Origin: an uncultured Phycisphaerales bacterium | Lineage (GTDB): Bacteria > Planctomycetota > Phycisphaerae > Sedimentisphaerales > Anaerobacaceae | Assembly: GCA_963718665.1 (NCBI GenBank) | Contig: OY970359.1 | Location: forward strand, 256,001 to 320,000 | Reading direction: 5' to 3' | Length of the DNA: 64,000 nucleotides | Part shown: piece after piece, positions 51,451 through 64,000 of the stretch | Position numbering within the stretch: the first letter of the stretch is position 1 | Layout: each line of letters begins with the position of its first letter | Notes under the pieces: model-generated | Databases searched by the model: none | The model's input: only the letters and a program-made list of their open reading frames with translations | What the model was told of the DNA's origin: nothing | Translations under genes and position numbers: made by a program

Positions 51451-54039
51451 TTAGTTACCCCATACGTTGCCGAAAACCGCGAAATCCGTAAAGTTAACGG
51501 TTCCGTCGGTATCGAAATCGCCCGGGACAGGTGTCTCTGAACCGGTTATGAGCCAGTTATTGCACATCACTTTAACATCGCCAAGGTCGATATAGCCATC
51601 ACAGTCAAGGTCGTAAATGTTGTCCGCTGTGTAGTTTTGCCCGGCCTGGTCAACCAGCACACCGACATAACTCCCGTTGTCTGGTGTAAACGTAAAGTGC
51701 TTTTTGGCCGGCGTCACCGTACCTGTCCAGGCGTAACTGACCCAGACCTCATAAAAACCATTTGCATCGGTTATGGCCTGCCCGCCACCGTTGTCCGCGC
51801 TAACCAGCACGTTCTCTATGGGCACGTTGCATTCGTTAATGATGTAACCGGTGATTTTGAACGTGAGCAACATGCCGGCATAGCCCTGGCCGACAGTATA
51901 ATCCACATTGACATCCTCATAACTTGTGCTGTTCGGTTCGAAGGCATAGGCATACTTCATAGGTGTTACTTTCCCCGACCAGTTGTAATCAACCAAGACC
52001 TCATAGTAACCGCTTGTATCTGTCAGCCAGGAACCGCCGCCGTATTTGCTCGTCCAGGGTCCGCCGCCGTTTTCGGCAGAAACGCTGACATTGCTTATCG
52101 GCGTGGAATTGCCGGAATCAAGCACATAGCCGGCAATCTTAAAGGTCATAAGTGTGGCCGTGTAATTCACATCGTTGTAATCCTGCATAACATTGCTATA
52201 TGTACTGCTGTTCGACTCAAAGACGTATCCTTCCTTCTCAGGAGCGATGACGCCCGACCAGCCATAGCCGACCGACAATTCGTAGTAGCCGTTTGCATCC
52301 GTTATAGTGTTAGTATCACCTGCTGACATCAGCACATCTTTGACCGGCGTGTTACCATCAATCTCAACTACGTAACCGGAAATCGAGAAGATAATCCTGC
52401 TGAACGTCACGGCAACGGTATGAGTGGCCGTGATATTGCTTAATGTGTAGGTCGTACCGCCTGTCTGGACATCAGCACCATCAACCTGCCACTTGTCAAC
52501 CGTGTAACCAGTCGTTGGTGTGGCGGTAAACAACTGGCTGCCATTGTAATTGACTACCGCGCTTGTCGGGGTAATCGAGCCGTTGGCGTCTGCTGAAGCA
52601 GTAATCGTGTATGTGAGTATCTTGAAACTCACAGCAACGGTATGAGTAGCTGTGATTGAGCTTAATGTGTAGGTTGTGCCGCCGGTTTGAACTGGGCTAC
52701 CATCAACCGTCCACTTGTCAACTGTGTAACCGGTTGTCGGTGTAGCGGTAAACAACTGGCTGCCATTGTAATTGACTACCGCGCTTGTCGGGGTAATCGA
52801 GCCGTTGCGCACTGCTGAAGCAGTAATCGTGTATGTGAGTATCTTGAAACTCACAGCAACGGTATGAGTAGCTGTGATTGAGCTTAATGTGTAGGTTGTG
52901 CCGCCTGTCTGGGCATCAGCGCCATCAACCTGCCACTTGTCAACCGTGTAACCAGTCGTTGGTGTGGCGGTAAACAACTGGCTGCCATTGTAATTGACTA
53001 CCGCGCTTGTCGGGGTAATCGAGCCATTGGCGCCTGCTGTGCCGGTAATGCTAAAAGTCTGAATACCGAATGTAGCGGTAACCGACTTATTTTTATTCAT
53101 TGTTATTGTTGTTGGATTAGAAGCACCGTTAACATCTCCGCTCCATCCGATGAATGAGCAGCCCGCAGCAGGATTGGCCGTCAAAGTAACGACCGTTCCA
53201 GGGGTATATGAGGCATGGTCAGGATTCCTGGTAACTGAGCCACTACCCACTGTGCTGATAGTTAATGTATACGTTGAAGGCGCTGCGGCCTTAACCACAT
53301 AGCCAATAAGCGACTGGTTAGCCAAGGTCTGGGTTACAGTCGGTGTTTCATTGACACCTGCCGCATTTTTGTGCCCATCCATACCATCGTAACCAGTTAC
53401 GGAAAGATCAACGTCTTTAGTCCAGCCGGTCGTAGTCAGGTAGGTGCCCGTGGCACTGCTGGCGGCATTTTCAATTACCATATCACCGTTGTTAGTTGCA
53501 AGTGGAGTTGTTGCTATTGAATAAACATCTGTTAAGCCATTCCTGGCAGTAGCACCGAGCAGAGTTGTTTGATTGACATTCTGAAGGAATACACTGGTGT
53601 ATGTAACATTGGAAGGTGCGTTGGTCCAAGTGGGAGTAAAGGTGGTGGTTGTCGCAGCGGTAATGTTTGCATCATTGAGGATAAATGCCACAACGTACGC
53701 CCGACTGCAACCGGAACCAATAATTTTGTCGGTTATCTTCGTCATCGAGCGTCCACCATAGGTTACACCGGTCAGATTTGACGCACTACTGCTCTTAGCA
53801 TGTGCGACGAAGAGCAGCGCGCGGTTGCGCACTGTTTTCTTTGCGTGGGTCGTACCTGTTGTCCACGAGCCCAGGATGCTGACAGCGGATGTATAATCCT
53901 CGCCCTCCTGAACTCCGCCGCCGGATTGCTGCTGGGTGGCGAGCCATCCGCATTCCTGCAGGAACTTGGCGCGATAGTCATAGGCATTTGCAGATACCGC
54001 AAAACCCATTACGGAACATAAGACCAAAATGCCACTCAA
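51451..54039 (-). CDS. Secreted repeat protein (InlB B-repeat-like and carboxypeptidase-regulatory-like repeats, dockerin-like tail)
   Basis: Three 74-aa tandem repeats, three TDxxGxYE modules, DLDCDGYIDLGD...GDFDTDGTVNFTDFA; start uncertain. Confidence 0.8.
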   Translation of the reverse strand: MSGILVLCSVMGFAVSANAYDYRAKFLQECGWLATQQQSGGGVQEGEDYTSAVSILGSWTTGTTHAKKTVRNRALLFVAHAKSSSASNLTGVTYGGRSMTKITDKIIGSGCSRAYVVAFILNDANITAATTTTFTPTWTNAPSNVTYTSVFLQNVNQTTLLGATARNGLTDVYSIATTPLATNNGDMVIENAASSATGTYLTTTGWTKDVDLSVTGYDGMDGHKNAAGVNETPTVTQTLANQSLIGYVVKAAAPSTYTLTISTVGSGSVTRNPDHASYTPGTVVTLTANPAAGCSFIGWSGDVNGASNPTTITMNKNKSVTATFGIQTFSITGTAGANGSITPTSAVVNYNGSQLFTATPTTGYTVDKWQVDGADAQTGGTTYTLSSITATHTVAVSFKILTYTITASAVRNGSITPTSAVVNYNGSQLFTATPTTGYTVDKWTVDGSPVQTGGTTYTLSSITATHTVAVSFKILTYTITASADANGSITPTSAVVNYNGSQLFTATPTTGYTVDKWQVDGADVQTGGTTYTLSNITATHTVAVTFSRIIFSISGYVVEIDGNTPVKDVLMSAGDTNTITDANGYYELSVGYGWSGVIAPEKEGYVFESNSSTYSNVMQDYNDVNYTATLMTFKIAGYVLDSGNSTPISNVSVSAENGGGPWTSKYGGGSWLTDTSGYYEVLVDYNWSGKVTPMKYAYAFEPNSTSYEDVNVDYTVGQGYAGMLLTFKITGYIINECNVPIENVLVSADNGGGQAITDANGFYEVWVSYAWTGTVTPAKKHFTFTPDNGSYVGVLVDQAGQNYTADNIYDLDCDGYIDLGDVKVMCNNWLITGSETPVPGDFDTDGTVNFTDFAVFGNVWGN
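52405..53055 (-). repeat. Three near-identical 222-bp intragenic tandem repeats
   Basis: GCAACGGTATGAGT recurs at 52412, 52634 and 52856. Confidence 0.92.
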
Positions 54040-54558
54040 TGCTTTCGCTTGTCCGGATATTGATGGCGTTTTAATTGTTTTGTCCCCCCAACAAAAAACG
54101 TGTAAATAGCACCCCTATACTACATCCTTGCGGAGGGTAACTGGATTTGGACAGACGAAATTATCTACCCATCGCTTTCCATCATCCGCTTACCCGTGTG
54201 TACCCATCCGTGTGAATAAAGAAAAAAACCAAAACCAGAAACAACTTCGGTTTTTTGTATGCGTTAAGAAGCTGAAAAGAACATTTGGGGCAAGATAATT
54301 GCCTGTTGTCAGAACAGCAGTGCAACATCCCCCTCCAACGCAAATATTAAAACGTACCTCGTGACGCCAGTTTTTATTCACCAACCCCCCTGAACAGTCA
54401 CTAATGTCTTACACAGCAGTATTATACATTATACCAGATAATATCCACAACAGTCAAGGAAAATCTGCTCGGAATTTGCGTCCCATAAAAACGTGCAATA
54501 CTTATGTTTCACGCGATTATGCTACGCTAAAAACACATACAGTATTGCTCGACTAACC

Positions 54559-56412
54559 TTAGGTCTGGCGAGCAACGCGGCGTCTGTCGGATTCTTTGAG
54601 CTGGCGTTTGCGCAGCCGAATCGTATTGGGGCAGACCTCAACCAGCTCGTCTTCCTGGATGTATTCCATCGCGACCTCAAGAGACATTATGCGTGCGGGT
54701 CTGATTTTGGCGGCTTCGTCCTTGCTGGTCGTACGCATGTTGGAAAGCTGCTTGAGCTTTGCGACGTTTACCGATATGTCATCATCTTTGCAGTGTTCGC
54801 CGACAACCTGGCCATCATATACGATTTCTCCCGGCTCAACAAAGAACAGGCCACGGTCATACAAAGCATCGAGGGCATAGGCGGTAACGGGGCCTGTGGT
54901 GGTAGCAATCATAACACCTGCTTTTCTCTGTGGTATCGCACCACGCATCGGCTCATATCTTTCGAAGGTATGGTGCATAACGGCCCTGCCCTGGGTGGCG
55001 TTCATCATTCTGGCGTGGAGGCCGAAGAGGCCGCGGGAGGGAATTAAAAATTCCATGTGAATAAAGGTGTTTGCGCCGCTTTTGGCATCCATTTTAATCA
55101 TTTCACTTCTTCGGTCGCCAACCAGGCTCATAACCGCACTCTGGCAATCCACCGGGCAATCAATCGCGAGCAATTCTATCGGCTCGTGGTCTATGCCGTT
55201 TATTTTCCTGATAATGACACTGGGTTTTCCGACGCAGACCTCATAACCTTCACGCCTCATATTTTCGAGGAGGATACCAAGGTGCATAAGTCCCCTGCCT
55301 GATACGTTGAATTCTTCGGGGGTTTTGCCCGGCTCGACTCTCAAGGCAACGTTATGCTGAAGCTCTTTTTCGAGACGTTCGCCGATGTGCCTGCTGGTAA
55401 CGTATTTGCCGTCCCTGCCGGCGAAGGGGCCGTCGTTGACGCGGAAGGTCATTGTCATCGTGGGTTCATCGACGGGAATAACCGGAAGCTGGGTGGGGTT
55501 ATCTGGGCAGGCAATGGTGTCGCCGATACCAATGGGGTCAAGTCCGGAGACGGCGCAAATATCGCCTGCCTGAACACTTGAAACGACCTTGCGTGTAAGC
55601 CCCTGAAATTGATAAATCTGCATAATTTGTTGCTGGGTATGAACACCTGCGGTGTCGATTACGGTAACATTTTGGCCTTCACTGAGATTGCCCGCGAAAA
55701 CCCTTCCGATGGCGATTTTGCCTACGTAATCGGAATACTCCTGATTTGTCACAAGCATTTGCAGCGGAGCATCGGGAATTGCCTCCGGCGGCGGGACGTA
55801 TTTTATGATGGCATCGTAAACGGCCTTCATATTGTCGGTTTTAATTTTGAGGTCGTTTGATGCCCAGCCCTGTCTGGCCGAGGCGTAAATAATGGGAAAA
55901 TCCAGCGCTTCGTCACCGGCGCCGAGCTGAACGAGCAAATCGAATACTTCATTGACGACATCGTCGGGCCTGCTGTTTTCGCGGTCAACTTTATTGATAA
56001 CTACTATTGGCCGGAGCTTATTTTCGAGCGCTTTGGTCAATACAAACCGCGTCTGGGGCATAGGGCCTTCAAAGGCATCGACCAGAAGCAGGACGCCATC
56101 CGCCATTTTGAGGACCCGTTCGACCTCGCCGCCGAAATCGGCGTGGCCCGGGGTATCGATGATGTTGATTTTGTATTCGTCGTCCTGCGAATCGGTATAA
56201 AAAATAGAGCAATTTTTGCTGAGGATAGTAATGCCCCGCTCCTGTTCGAGGGGGTTGGAGTCCATAATGAGTTTGTTTTCGCCGCCCTGGAGCTTATCAA
56301 GCTCTTCCTGGCGGAACATTCCGGACTGGTAGAGAAGCTGGTCAACCAGGGTTGTTTTGCCGTGGTCAACGTGAGCAATTACTGCAACATTACGAATATA
56401 ATCTGAATACAT
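54559..56412 (-). CDS. typA: Translational GTPase TypA/BipA
   Basis: [36 protein letters not shown]. Confidence 0.97.
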   Translation of the reverse strand: MYSDYIRNVAVIAHVDHGKTTLVDQLLYQSGMFRQEELDKLQGGENKLIMDSNPLEQERGITILSKNCSIFYTDSQDDEYKINIIDTPGHADFGGEVERVLKMADGVLLLVDAFEGPMPQTRFVLTKALENKLRPIVVINKVDRENSRPDDVVNEVFDLLVQLGAGDEALDFPIIYASARQGWASNDLKIKTDNMKAVYDAIIKYVPPPEAIPDAPLQMLVTNQEYSDYVGKIAIGRVFAGNLSEGQNVTVIDTAGVHTQQQIMQIYQFQGLTRKVVSSVQAGDICAVSGLDPIGIGDTIACPDNPTQLPVIPVDEPTMTMTFRVNDGPFAGRDGKYVTSRHIGERLEKELQHNVALRVEPGKTPEEFNVSGRGLMHLGILLENMRREGYEVCVGKPSVIIRKINGIDHEPIELLAIDCPVDCQSAVMSLVGDRRSEMIKMDAKSGANTFIHMEFLIPSRGLFGLHARMMNATQGRAVMHHTFERYEPMRGAIPQRKAGVMIATTTGPVTAYALDALYDRGLFFVEPGEIVYDGQVVGEHCKDDDISVNVAKLKQLSNMRTTSKDEAAKIRPARIMSLEVAMEYIQEDELVEVCPNTIRLRKRQLKESDRRRVARQT

Positions 56413-56617
56413 CAAAGACCCTTTACAAGGAATAATCAAAGTTCGAGATTCGGCTTAATCACTTTCGCGTGAGCGAAGTAGTTTATACTATTTTTCGCCT
56501 GTGTCAATACAAAACTGTGTAAGAAGCCCGACAGAAGGTAAATTTGCGTGATTTTCAATCATTTCGATGGCGGCGATTGACAAACGCAGCGGAATTATCG
56601 ATAATCCTGCAGAAATA

Positions 56618-56701
56618 GCCGAAGTGGCGGAACTGGCAGACGCGCAGGATTCAAAATCCTGTCCTGGCAACAGGGTGTGGGTTCAAGTCCCTCCTTCGGC
56701 A
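56618..56701 (+). tRNA. tRNA-Leu(CAA)
   Basis: GCCGAAGTGGCGGAACTGGCAGACGCG, CAGGATTCAAAATCCTG, GGTTCAAGTCCC. Confidence 0.97.
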
Positions 56702-56719
56702 TTTTTTACAACCAAACGA

Positions 56720-58387
56720 ATGCAAAACAAAACGAAAAATAGGGAGCATTCACTGGCAAAGGCGCTTTTGATTTGCGCCGGATTTACAGCGTTATATCTG
56801 CTGATAGCGGGCAGCAGCACGCTATGGGACCGTGATGAGCCGAGATACGCGAGGGTAACGGCGGAGATGGTTGAGAGCGGCAATTATCTTGTGCCGACTT
56901 TTAACGGGGAGGTGTGGTTCGATAAGCCGATTCTGCTTTACTGGTTGATGTCAGTGCCTGTTCGATTGCTTGGGCCAAGCGAAATTGCGTGCAGATTCAC
57001 GGGGGTTATGGGGACGGCGGTAACTTTGCTTTTGACGTTTTTTATCGGGAAAAAACTTTACGACGCAAAAGCGGGATTATGGGCCGAGGCGATTTTAGGC
57101 ACGACGCTGTTAATGCTTTTTGTGGGAAGCTCGGCGCTGGTTGACGGCATAGCATTGCCGTTTATTGTCGGGGCAATGGCTATTTTCATTGGTCGGCTGG
57201 GAGAAAAAATACAGGCATTTGACGCCGGGGTAATGGGAGTTTTGATTGGTCTTGGGATGCTGGCAAAAGGACCGTTAGGATTGCTGCCTGTGTTCGTGAT
57301 TATCGTCGCTATCTGGTTCGGGCGGGAGAATATCGGGGGCTTTATTCGCAATTTCCTATGGGTTTGTCTTGCGGTGGCTATCGCAGCGGGGATATTTTTG
57401 CTGTGGGCAGTGCCAGCTAACAGGGCAACCGACGGGGAGCTATACCGGGTATTTTTCGGAAAGCATATTGTCGGGCGCGCGCTTTCGCCGATGGAAGGCC
57501 ACGGGGGAAATTTTCTTTTATACCTGCCATATTACCCGGCGATTATGGTTGCGGGATTTTTCCCGTGGGTGATTTTTCTGCCCGGCGCATTTTCGGCAAG
57601 TTTGGGAAAAAGAATCGGGAACACGGGGACAAGAAATATTTTATTGAGCTGGATAATAGTAACGGTCGTCCTGATGACTATCGCGGCGACGAAGCTGCCG
57701 CATTACATATTGTTTGCCTGGCCCGCGATGGCGGTGATGACAGGAGCAACAATTGTCGCATCAAGACAAAACGTTTTAAATGAGCGTGACCGCAAATGGC
57801 TTCGCGGCGGCGTGTGGTTTTCGGTGCCGGTGGGATTAGGCATCGCAGCGAGTTTAATCGGCATCGGGTATTTTACAAAAAGCGAAGGACTTATAACACC
57901 GGGGCTTATCTGCGGAGCAATCGCACTGGTGATGACAATAATCTGCTGTAATTTACAAGTACGGGAAAAATTCAACGGCACGGCAAAAGTTATTCTCGCG
58001 GGGACACTAATTCTCATTATACCGTTATTATTCGTATTGCTGCCCGCGGTTGAGTCGATTAAAATCAGTCCTCATATAGCAAAGGCAATCAGGGAAAAAA
58101 CGGGCAAAGACGTGCCGGTTGCTATGTATAAATACGCCGAGCCAACGCTTAATTTTTACGTTGGAAGAAAAATAACGCAATTGCGCAAAACAGACGACGT
58201 CGTCGAGTGGCTTAAAGGCACAGAAAACCGTGTGCTGATAATTCCGAGAAAAGATTTCGAGGGCATCAGGCAAAACGTGGGTAACATAGCTTTTGAAGAG
58301 ATAGCGTCAAAAAAAGGCGTTAACTACTCCAAGGGCAAGGAAGTCGAGGTTATCGCATTATTAGTCAAGACACAAACCAGACAGTAA
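56720..58387 (+). CDS. ArnT/PMT-family membrane glycosyltransferase
   Basis: LWDRDEPRYA, FDKPILLYW, LAKGP, TKLPHY; the track start at 56567 overlaps the tRNA. Confidence 0.9.
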   Translation: MQNKTKNREHSLAKALLICAGFTALYLLIAGSSTLWDRDEPRYARVTAEMVESGNYLVPTFNGEVWFDKPILLYWLMSVPVRLLGPSEIACRFTGVMGTAVTLLLTFFIGKKLYDAKAGLWAEAILGTTLLMLFVGSSALVDGIALPFIVGAMAIFIGRLGEKIQAFDAGVMGVLIGLGMLAKGPLGLLPVFVIIVAIWFGRENIGGFIRNFLWVCLAVAIAAGIFLLWAVPANRATDGELYRVFFGKHIVGRALSPMEGHGGNFLLYLPYYPAIMVAGFFPWVIFLPGAFSASLGKRIGNTGTRNILLSWIIVTVVLMTIAATKLPHYILFAWPAMAVMTGATIVASRQNVLNERDRKWLRGGVWFSVPVGLGIAASLIGIGYFTKSEGLITPGLICGAIALVMTIICCNLQVREKFNGTAKVILAGTLILIIPLLFVLLPAVESIKISPHIAKAIREKTGKDVPVAMYKYAEPTLNFYVGRKITQLRKTDDVVEWLKGTENRVLIIPRKDFEGIRQNVGNIAFEEIASKKGVNYSKGKEVEVIALLVKTQTRQ

Positions 58388-58431
58388 CCGCTGAGACCGG
58401 AAAAACAAACCGGGGGACGGTTGTACTACTT

Positions 58432-59172
58432 TTGCTTGCAGGCCTTCTGCTTGCCGCGACAGCGGTTTGCTTTTTTGTTGTTGATGAGCGAGTGTTCTCA
58501 TATCTGCGAGAAAATCCACAGAAGTGGGACAGGGCACTTTGGGCTCAGGCGTTAAAACTATTAGGGAGGGGTTATCCTTTAATCTGGCTTCTGCTGGCGT
58601 GGGTGTGGCTTACGGGAAAACACAAGACGGTAATTGTGTGCCTGCTGTCATTATTGATAACATTAGCCGCGGTAACAGTAATAAAAGAGACGGTCAGGAG
58701 ACCCAGGCCAAGGGACGTTATACGCTCCCAGGCAAATGCCGGAAATAATAAATATATTATTAAGACCTGGTCATTTCCATCGGGTGACGCAGCGAGTGTA
58801 TTTGCGGCAGGAGCTGTTCTGGCGTTTGCGATGCCCTGGCCGGCCACGATTGTTTTCGCCGCCTGCTGCTGCGGGGTCGCTATTTTGCGAGTCGTGGCGC
58901 TCGCACACTATCCTTCAGACGTACTGGGAGGGGCAGCAACCGGAATTTTATCCGGGTGGTCGGCAATTTTTATAAGAAACCGATACCCGGAAATTGAAAA
59001 CATTTTCAAGGGACGGGAGAGGATGCTTTCTTTCATAGGGATCGTTCTTATTCTTATATTAATATGGCTACTACAAGGCCTTGATAAGCTGATTATACTG
59101 CTGGAGTTTTATGTGCCCATTGCGTTAATTATCGCCGTTTTTGACCGGCGAGGACAGTTAAAGCAAATCTGA
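58432..59172 (+). CDS. PAP2-family phosphatase (start uncertain)
   Basis: K....RPRP, SFPSGD, RVVALAHYPSDV. Confidence 0.85.
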   Translation: MLAGLLLAATAVCFFVVDERVFSYLRENPQKWDRALWAQALKLLGRGYPLIWLLLAWVWLTGKHKTVIVCLLSLLITLAAVTVIKETVRRPRPRDVIRSQANAGNNKYIIKTWSFPSGDAASVFAAGAVLAFAMPWPATIVFAACCCGVAILRVVALAHYPSDVLGGAATGILSGWSAIFIRNRYPEIENIFKGRERMLSFIGIVLILILIWLLQGLDKLIILLEFYVPIALIIAVFDRRGQLKQI

Positions 59173-59317
59173 ACAGCAGACATGATTTATATTAACGAAT
59201 TGGGAGGGCAAGTACTGCGAGTAGTAACACTGGAAGATAAACTACCATACACAATGTTTTTCCCGACAGGAATACAAATTATTAAACTCGACTGCTATCC
59301 TGAAGGGTCATCTATAT

Positions 59318-60478
59318 TTATTTCTTAGCGACAAACGGCGAAAGTTCGCGGAGGCGGGCGATAATTGGTGGGATTTTTTCGACGGTGAAATCGACTTCTT
59401 CCTCAGTATTGTATCGGCTCAAGCTGAAGCGGATTGAGCCGTGGGCTGCGGTAAAGGGGACACCCATAGCACGAAGGACGTGAGATGGTTCGAGCGAACC
59501 GGAAGTGCAGGCGGAGCCGCTGGAAGCACAGATACCGAATCTGTCGAGCATAAGCAGAATCGATTCCCCCTCGATAAATTCAAAGCTGATGTTACTGGTA
59601 TTGGGCAGTCGGCTTTCGGTATCACCGTTGACCATACAGTCGGGACATTTTGCGAGAATGCCCTTTTCGAGCTTATCGCGGAGGGACTTGACCTTTTTAT
59701 TTTCCTGGTCGAAATTCTGCATCGCCAACTCACAGGCCCTGCCAAGACCTATTATACCGGGGACGTTCTCAGTGCCGGCACGACGGCCTCCTTCCTGATG
59801 ACCGCCGAGCATAAAAGGAGCGAGACGAGTGCCCTTGCGGACATACAGGATACCGACGCCTTTGGGGGCGTGCAGTTTGTGACCCGATAAGCTGAGCAAA
59901 TCGATATTGCTTTTAGAGAGATTGATTGGGGTTTTGCCGACGGCCTGAACTGCGTCGGTATGAAAGACGACACCTTTACTTTTCACTATCTCGGCAATTT
60001 TCTCGACGGGGAATACTATGCCTGTTTCGTTATTGGCGAACATAATCGTTACGATTGCGGTGTTATCGTCGAGATGTGATTTCAACTCCGACAAATCGAG
60101 CCGGCCTTTTTTATCGACCGATAATTCGACAACGGTATAACCCTGGTTTTCGAGGTCGCGGCAGACCGACAAGACGGCCGGGTGTTCGACGCGAGTCGTA
60201 ATTACCTTTCGCTTGTTGGGATGAGCGACAAGCGTGCCTTTTATGGCGGTGTTGTCGCTTTCGGTGCCGCAGCCGGTGAAAATGATTTCGCCGGGGTCGC
60301 AACCGAGGAGAGCGGCAGTTTTTTCGCGTGCCTCGCGGATTTTAATGCCAACCTGGCCGCCGAAGGTGTGCATACTCGAAGGGTTGCCGTAGAGGTCGCA
60401 AAAATACGGTTTGATTTCTTCAAGGACCTCATCAGCGACTTTTGTGGTGGCGTTGTTGTCGAAGTATATAGTTTTCAT
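59318..60478 (-). CDS. nifS: Cysteine desulfurase
   Basis: YFDNNATT, HTDAVQ, SGHKLHAPKG, SGSACTS. Confidence 0.95.
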   Translation of the reverse strand: MKTIYFDNNATTKVADEVLEEIKPYFCDLYGNPSSMHTFGGQVGIKIREAREKTAALLGCDPGEIIFTGCGTESDNTAIKGTLVAHPNKRKVITTRVEHPAVLSVCRDLENQGYTVVELSVDKKGRLDLSELKSHLDDNTAIVTIMFANNETGIVFPVEKIAEIVKSKGVVFHTDAVQAVGKTPINLSKSNIDLLSLSGHKLHAPKGVGILYVRKGTRLAPFMLGGHQEGGRRAGTENVPGIIGLGRACELAMQNFDQENKKVKSLRDKLEKGILAKCPDCMVNGDTESRLPNTSNISFEFIEGESILLMLDRFGICASSGSACTSGSLEPSHVLRAMGVPFTAAHGSIRFSLSRYNTEEEVDFTVEKIPPIIARLRELSPFVAKK

Positions 60479-60481
60479 TTT

Positions 60482-61354
60482 TTATTTCCTTTGGTCGTCG
60501 GTCAAATCCTTTGCCTCTTCGACATAGATTTCGGGGCTTACAAACTCTCTTATTTTGGCCTCTACGAGGTCCTTCATCGTGATATTCGCCAAGGCGCATT
60601 GTGCGCACATACCGCGAAGGGCAACGATGACCTTGTTGCCGTCAACGTCTATCAGGTCGATATTTCCGCCATCCGCACGCAGCGCGGGCCTAATCTGCTC
60701 GTTGATTGTCTGCTGAATGAGCTGAATTTTCTGGATGTTGGTCAGCTTCTGGCCTTTTACGGGAGCAGGCACCGTTTTTTGTTTTGCTCTTTCGCCTTTG
60801 ATGCGTTCGATTATTTTTTCGATTTCGCCTTTGCAGCCGCCGCAACCGCCCCCTGCTTTGCAGTAATTTGTAACCTGCTCGACGACATCGAGGTTGTTTT
60901 CGCGAATGACTCTTTCGATTTCTTTTTCGGTAACGCCGAAGCAGGTGCAGACAACTTTGCCTTCAAGCTGGTGTTTCTTTTTGCTGCCACCCTTGTAATT
61001 TTCTATTGCCGCTTCAAGGGCTTCTCTGCCCATAACCGAGCAATGCATTTTCTGTTCGGGCAGACCGCCAAGATAATCGGCGATATCTTTGTTTGTAATT
61101 TTGGCCGCCTCTTCAAGGGGCATTCCCTTGATTATCTCGGTCAAGGCGGAAGAGCTGGCGATTGCACTGGCACAGCCGAAGGTTTTGAATTTGGCGTCTT
61201 TTATTCTGCCTTTCTCGTCGAGTTTGAAAGTCAGCTTCAGCGCGTCGCCGCATGCAAGCGAACCGACCTCGCCGACGCCGTCGGGATCGGGTATTTCGCC
61301 TACGTTTCGCGGATTGAAAAAGTGTTCTCTAACTTTATCCGTATATTCCCACAT
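60482..61354 (-). CDS. nifU: Three-domain Fe-S scaffold NifU
   Basis: IscU-like N-terminus (CGD, FGC, HC), BFD-like CTC...CGGC, NifU-C DGGNI...CAQC. Confidence 0.95.
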   Translation of the reverse strand: MWEYTDKVREHFFNPRNVGEIPDPDGVGEVGSLACGDALKLTFKLDEKGRIKDAKFKTFGCASAIASSSALTEIIKGMPLEEAAKITNKDIADYLGGLPEQKMHCSVMGREALEAAIENYKGGSKKKHQLEGKVVCTCFGVTEKEIERVIRENNLDVVEQVTNYCKAGGGCGGCKGEIEKIIERIKGERAKQKTVPAPVKGQKLTNIQKIQLIQQTINEQIRPALRADGGNIDLIDVDGNKVIVALRGMCAQCALANITMKDLVEAKIREFVSPEIYVEEAKDLTDDQRK

Positions 61355-61360
61355 AATTTT

Positions 61361-62653
<1,293 letters not shown>

Positions 62654-62664
62654 TTATGACCTTT

Positions 62665-63582
62665 CTATTTAGCAGGTAAAATCGCGACCATTTTTTCGAG
62701 CGCGTTTTTAGCCCTGGCCGCAATATCTTCAGGCACTGTGATTTTATAATGCATATCTTCAAGAGACCAGAGCACCTTATCAAGGGTTATGCGTTTCATA
62801 TTCGGGCAAATCGCCCGAGTAGCCGCCGGGTAAAATTCCTTGCCCTGGTTTTCTTTTTTCAACGTATGAATTATTCCTGTCTCAGTAGCAATAATAAATT
62901 GTTTGGCGTCGCTTTGCTTCGCGAATTTGAGCATCTGGCCCGTGCTGAGGAGCTTATCGCTTACGGCCTTCACCGGCTCGGTGCACTCGGGATGCGCCAT
63001 TACAATCGCACCGGGATGCGCATCCCTGGCTTTTTTTATGTCGTCTTCGGTAATAAACGCGTGCGTCGGGCAATATCCGGGCCACAAAATCATTTCACGG
63101 CCTGTCTTTTCAATCACAAACCTGCCCAAATGCTGGTCGGGAACAAAAATTATTTTGCTGTTTTTCGGCAGTGATTCGACAACTTCGACGGCATTTGCGC
63201 TTGTGCAACAATAATCGCTTTCGGCTTTTACCTCCGCGGAGCTGTTCACGTAGCAGACCACCAAAGCGCCGGGGTTCTTGTGTTTCAATTCTCTCAACTG
63301 CTCGCCGGTAATCATATCCGCCATGGGGCAGCCGGCGTTTTTATCCGGCAAAAGGACTGTTTTGCCGGGCGACAAAATCGCGGCGGTCTCCGCCATAAAT
63401 TTGACGCCGCAGAAAACTATCACGTCGGCATTCGTCGCCGAGGCCTTGACGCTCAACGCAAGCGAATCGCCCGTGAAATCCGCAATATCCTGGATTTCGC
63501 CGGGCTGATAATTATGCGCAAGTATGACGGCGTTGCGCTCGGCCTTTAGCTCTTTGATTTTTTTCATCAACGACTCGTTCAT
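62665..63582 (-). CDS. nadA: Quinolinate synthase
   Basis: [32 protein letters not shown]. Confidence 0.97.
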   Translation of the reverse strand: MNESLMKKIKELKAERNAVILAHNYQPGEIQDIADFTGDSLALSVKASATNADVIVFCGVKFMAETAAILSPGKTVLLPDKNAGCPMADMITGEQLRELKHKNPGALVVCYVNSSAEVKAESDYCCTSANAVEVVESLPKNSKIIFVPDQHLGRFVIEKTGREMILWPGYCPTHAFITEDDIKKARDAHPGAIVMAHPECTEPVKAVSDKLLSTGQMLKFAKQSDAKQFIIATETGIIHTLKKENQGKEFYPAATRAICPNMKRITLDKVLWSLEDMHYKITVPEDIAARAKNALEKMVAILPAK

Positions 63583-64000
63583 TTTTTCTTTTTTCTTTTG
63601 CCGCTTTTTTTGGCGGAGTGTTTTTTATATACAAGCTCGGCGTTGGGGGTTGTAACGGTAACGCCCGGCGGAACGGATTCCTTAATCCAGACGTTTCCGC
63701 CGACGACAGCGCCTTTTCCTATTGTTATATCACCCAGAATTGTCGCCTCGGCGTATATTGTTACGTTATCCTCAATCGTCGGGTGGCGTTTGCCTCCCTT
63801 AATAATCCTGCCTTTCTCATCTTTCTGGAAACTTAATGCTCCCAGCGTCGTGCCCTGGTAAATTTTAACGTTATCGCCAATAATGCTCGTTTCGCCAATC
63901 ACGACGCCGGTGCCGTGGTCAATAAAGAAGTTTTTGCCGATTGTGGCGCCGGGGTGAATATCGATACCCGTCCTGGTATGGGCGCACTCGGTCATAATTC
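63579..64000 (-). CDS. cysE: Serine O-acetyltransferase, 3' part
   Basis: [26 protein letters not shown]. Confidence 0.92.
   Translation of the reverse strand, partial: IMTECAHTRTGIDIHPGATIGKNFFIDHGTGVVIGETSIIGDNVKIYQGTTLGALSFQKDEKGRIIKGGKRHPTIEDNVTIYAEATILGDITIGKGAVVGGNVWIKESVPPGVTVTTPNAELVYKKHSAKKSGKRKKKK

Noticed and set aside
52405..53055. Tandem repeats as a CRISPR array
   Set aside because: They are 222-bp in-frame coding repeats with no spacers, and no cas genes are present
58355..58432. Possible lost ATGA overlap between the ArnT-like and PAP2 genes (ATT in place of ATG)
   Set aside because: It requires assuming a substitution and cannot be supported without reads or homologues

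Overview
This is chromosomal DNA most consistent with a Planctomycetota (Phycisphaerae/Sedimentisphaerales-like) genome. That assignment is an inference from the prepilin-type/DUF1559-like gene, PEP-CTERM genes, dockerin-like tails and a murC-murB-ddl-ftsQ cluster without ftsA/ftsZ. Bases 1-15.9 kb form a LacI-controlled xylan-utilisation locus: a pseudopilin-like gene, LamG and CBM-like secreted proteins, GH30, GH43, two PEP-CTERM proteins and a GH115-GH8 fusion, with three identical operator palindromes. The rest is mostly housekeeping (4 tRNAs, tadA, ispD, mur genes, surE, nnrE, rluB, rsmH, ndk, typA, and a cysE-nadA-metY-nifU-nifS cluster). Two accessory islets interrupt it, at about 21.8-26.0 kb and 44.8-48.8 kb. 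They share an architecture: a heptamer repeat, an HNH-AP2 endonuclease gene, a conserved 400-450 bp non-coding leader with compensatory stem changes, and defence-like cargo (ATPase+TPR in one; PD-(D/E)xK nuclease, Zn-ribbon membrane protein and HEPN-like protein in the other). This is the best candidate for an undescribed system. Four apparent frameshifts, one in tadA, suggest indel errors in the assembly. All calls come from reading motifs by eye; no searches were run.
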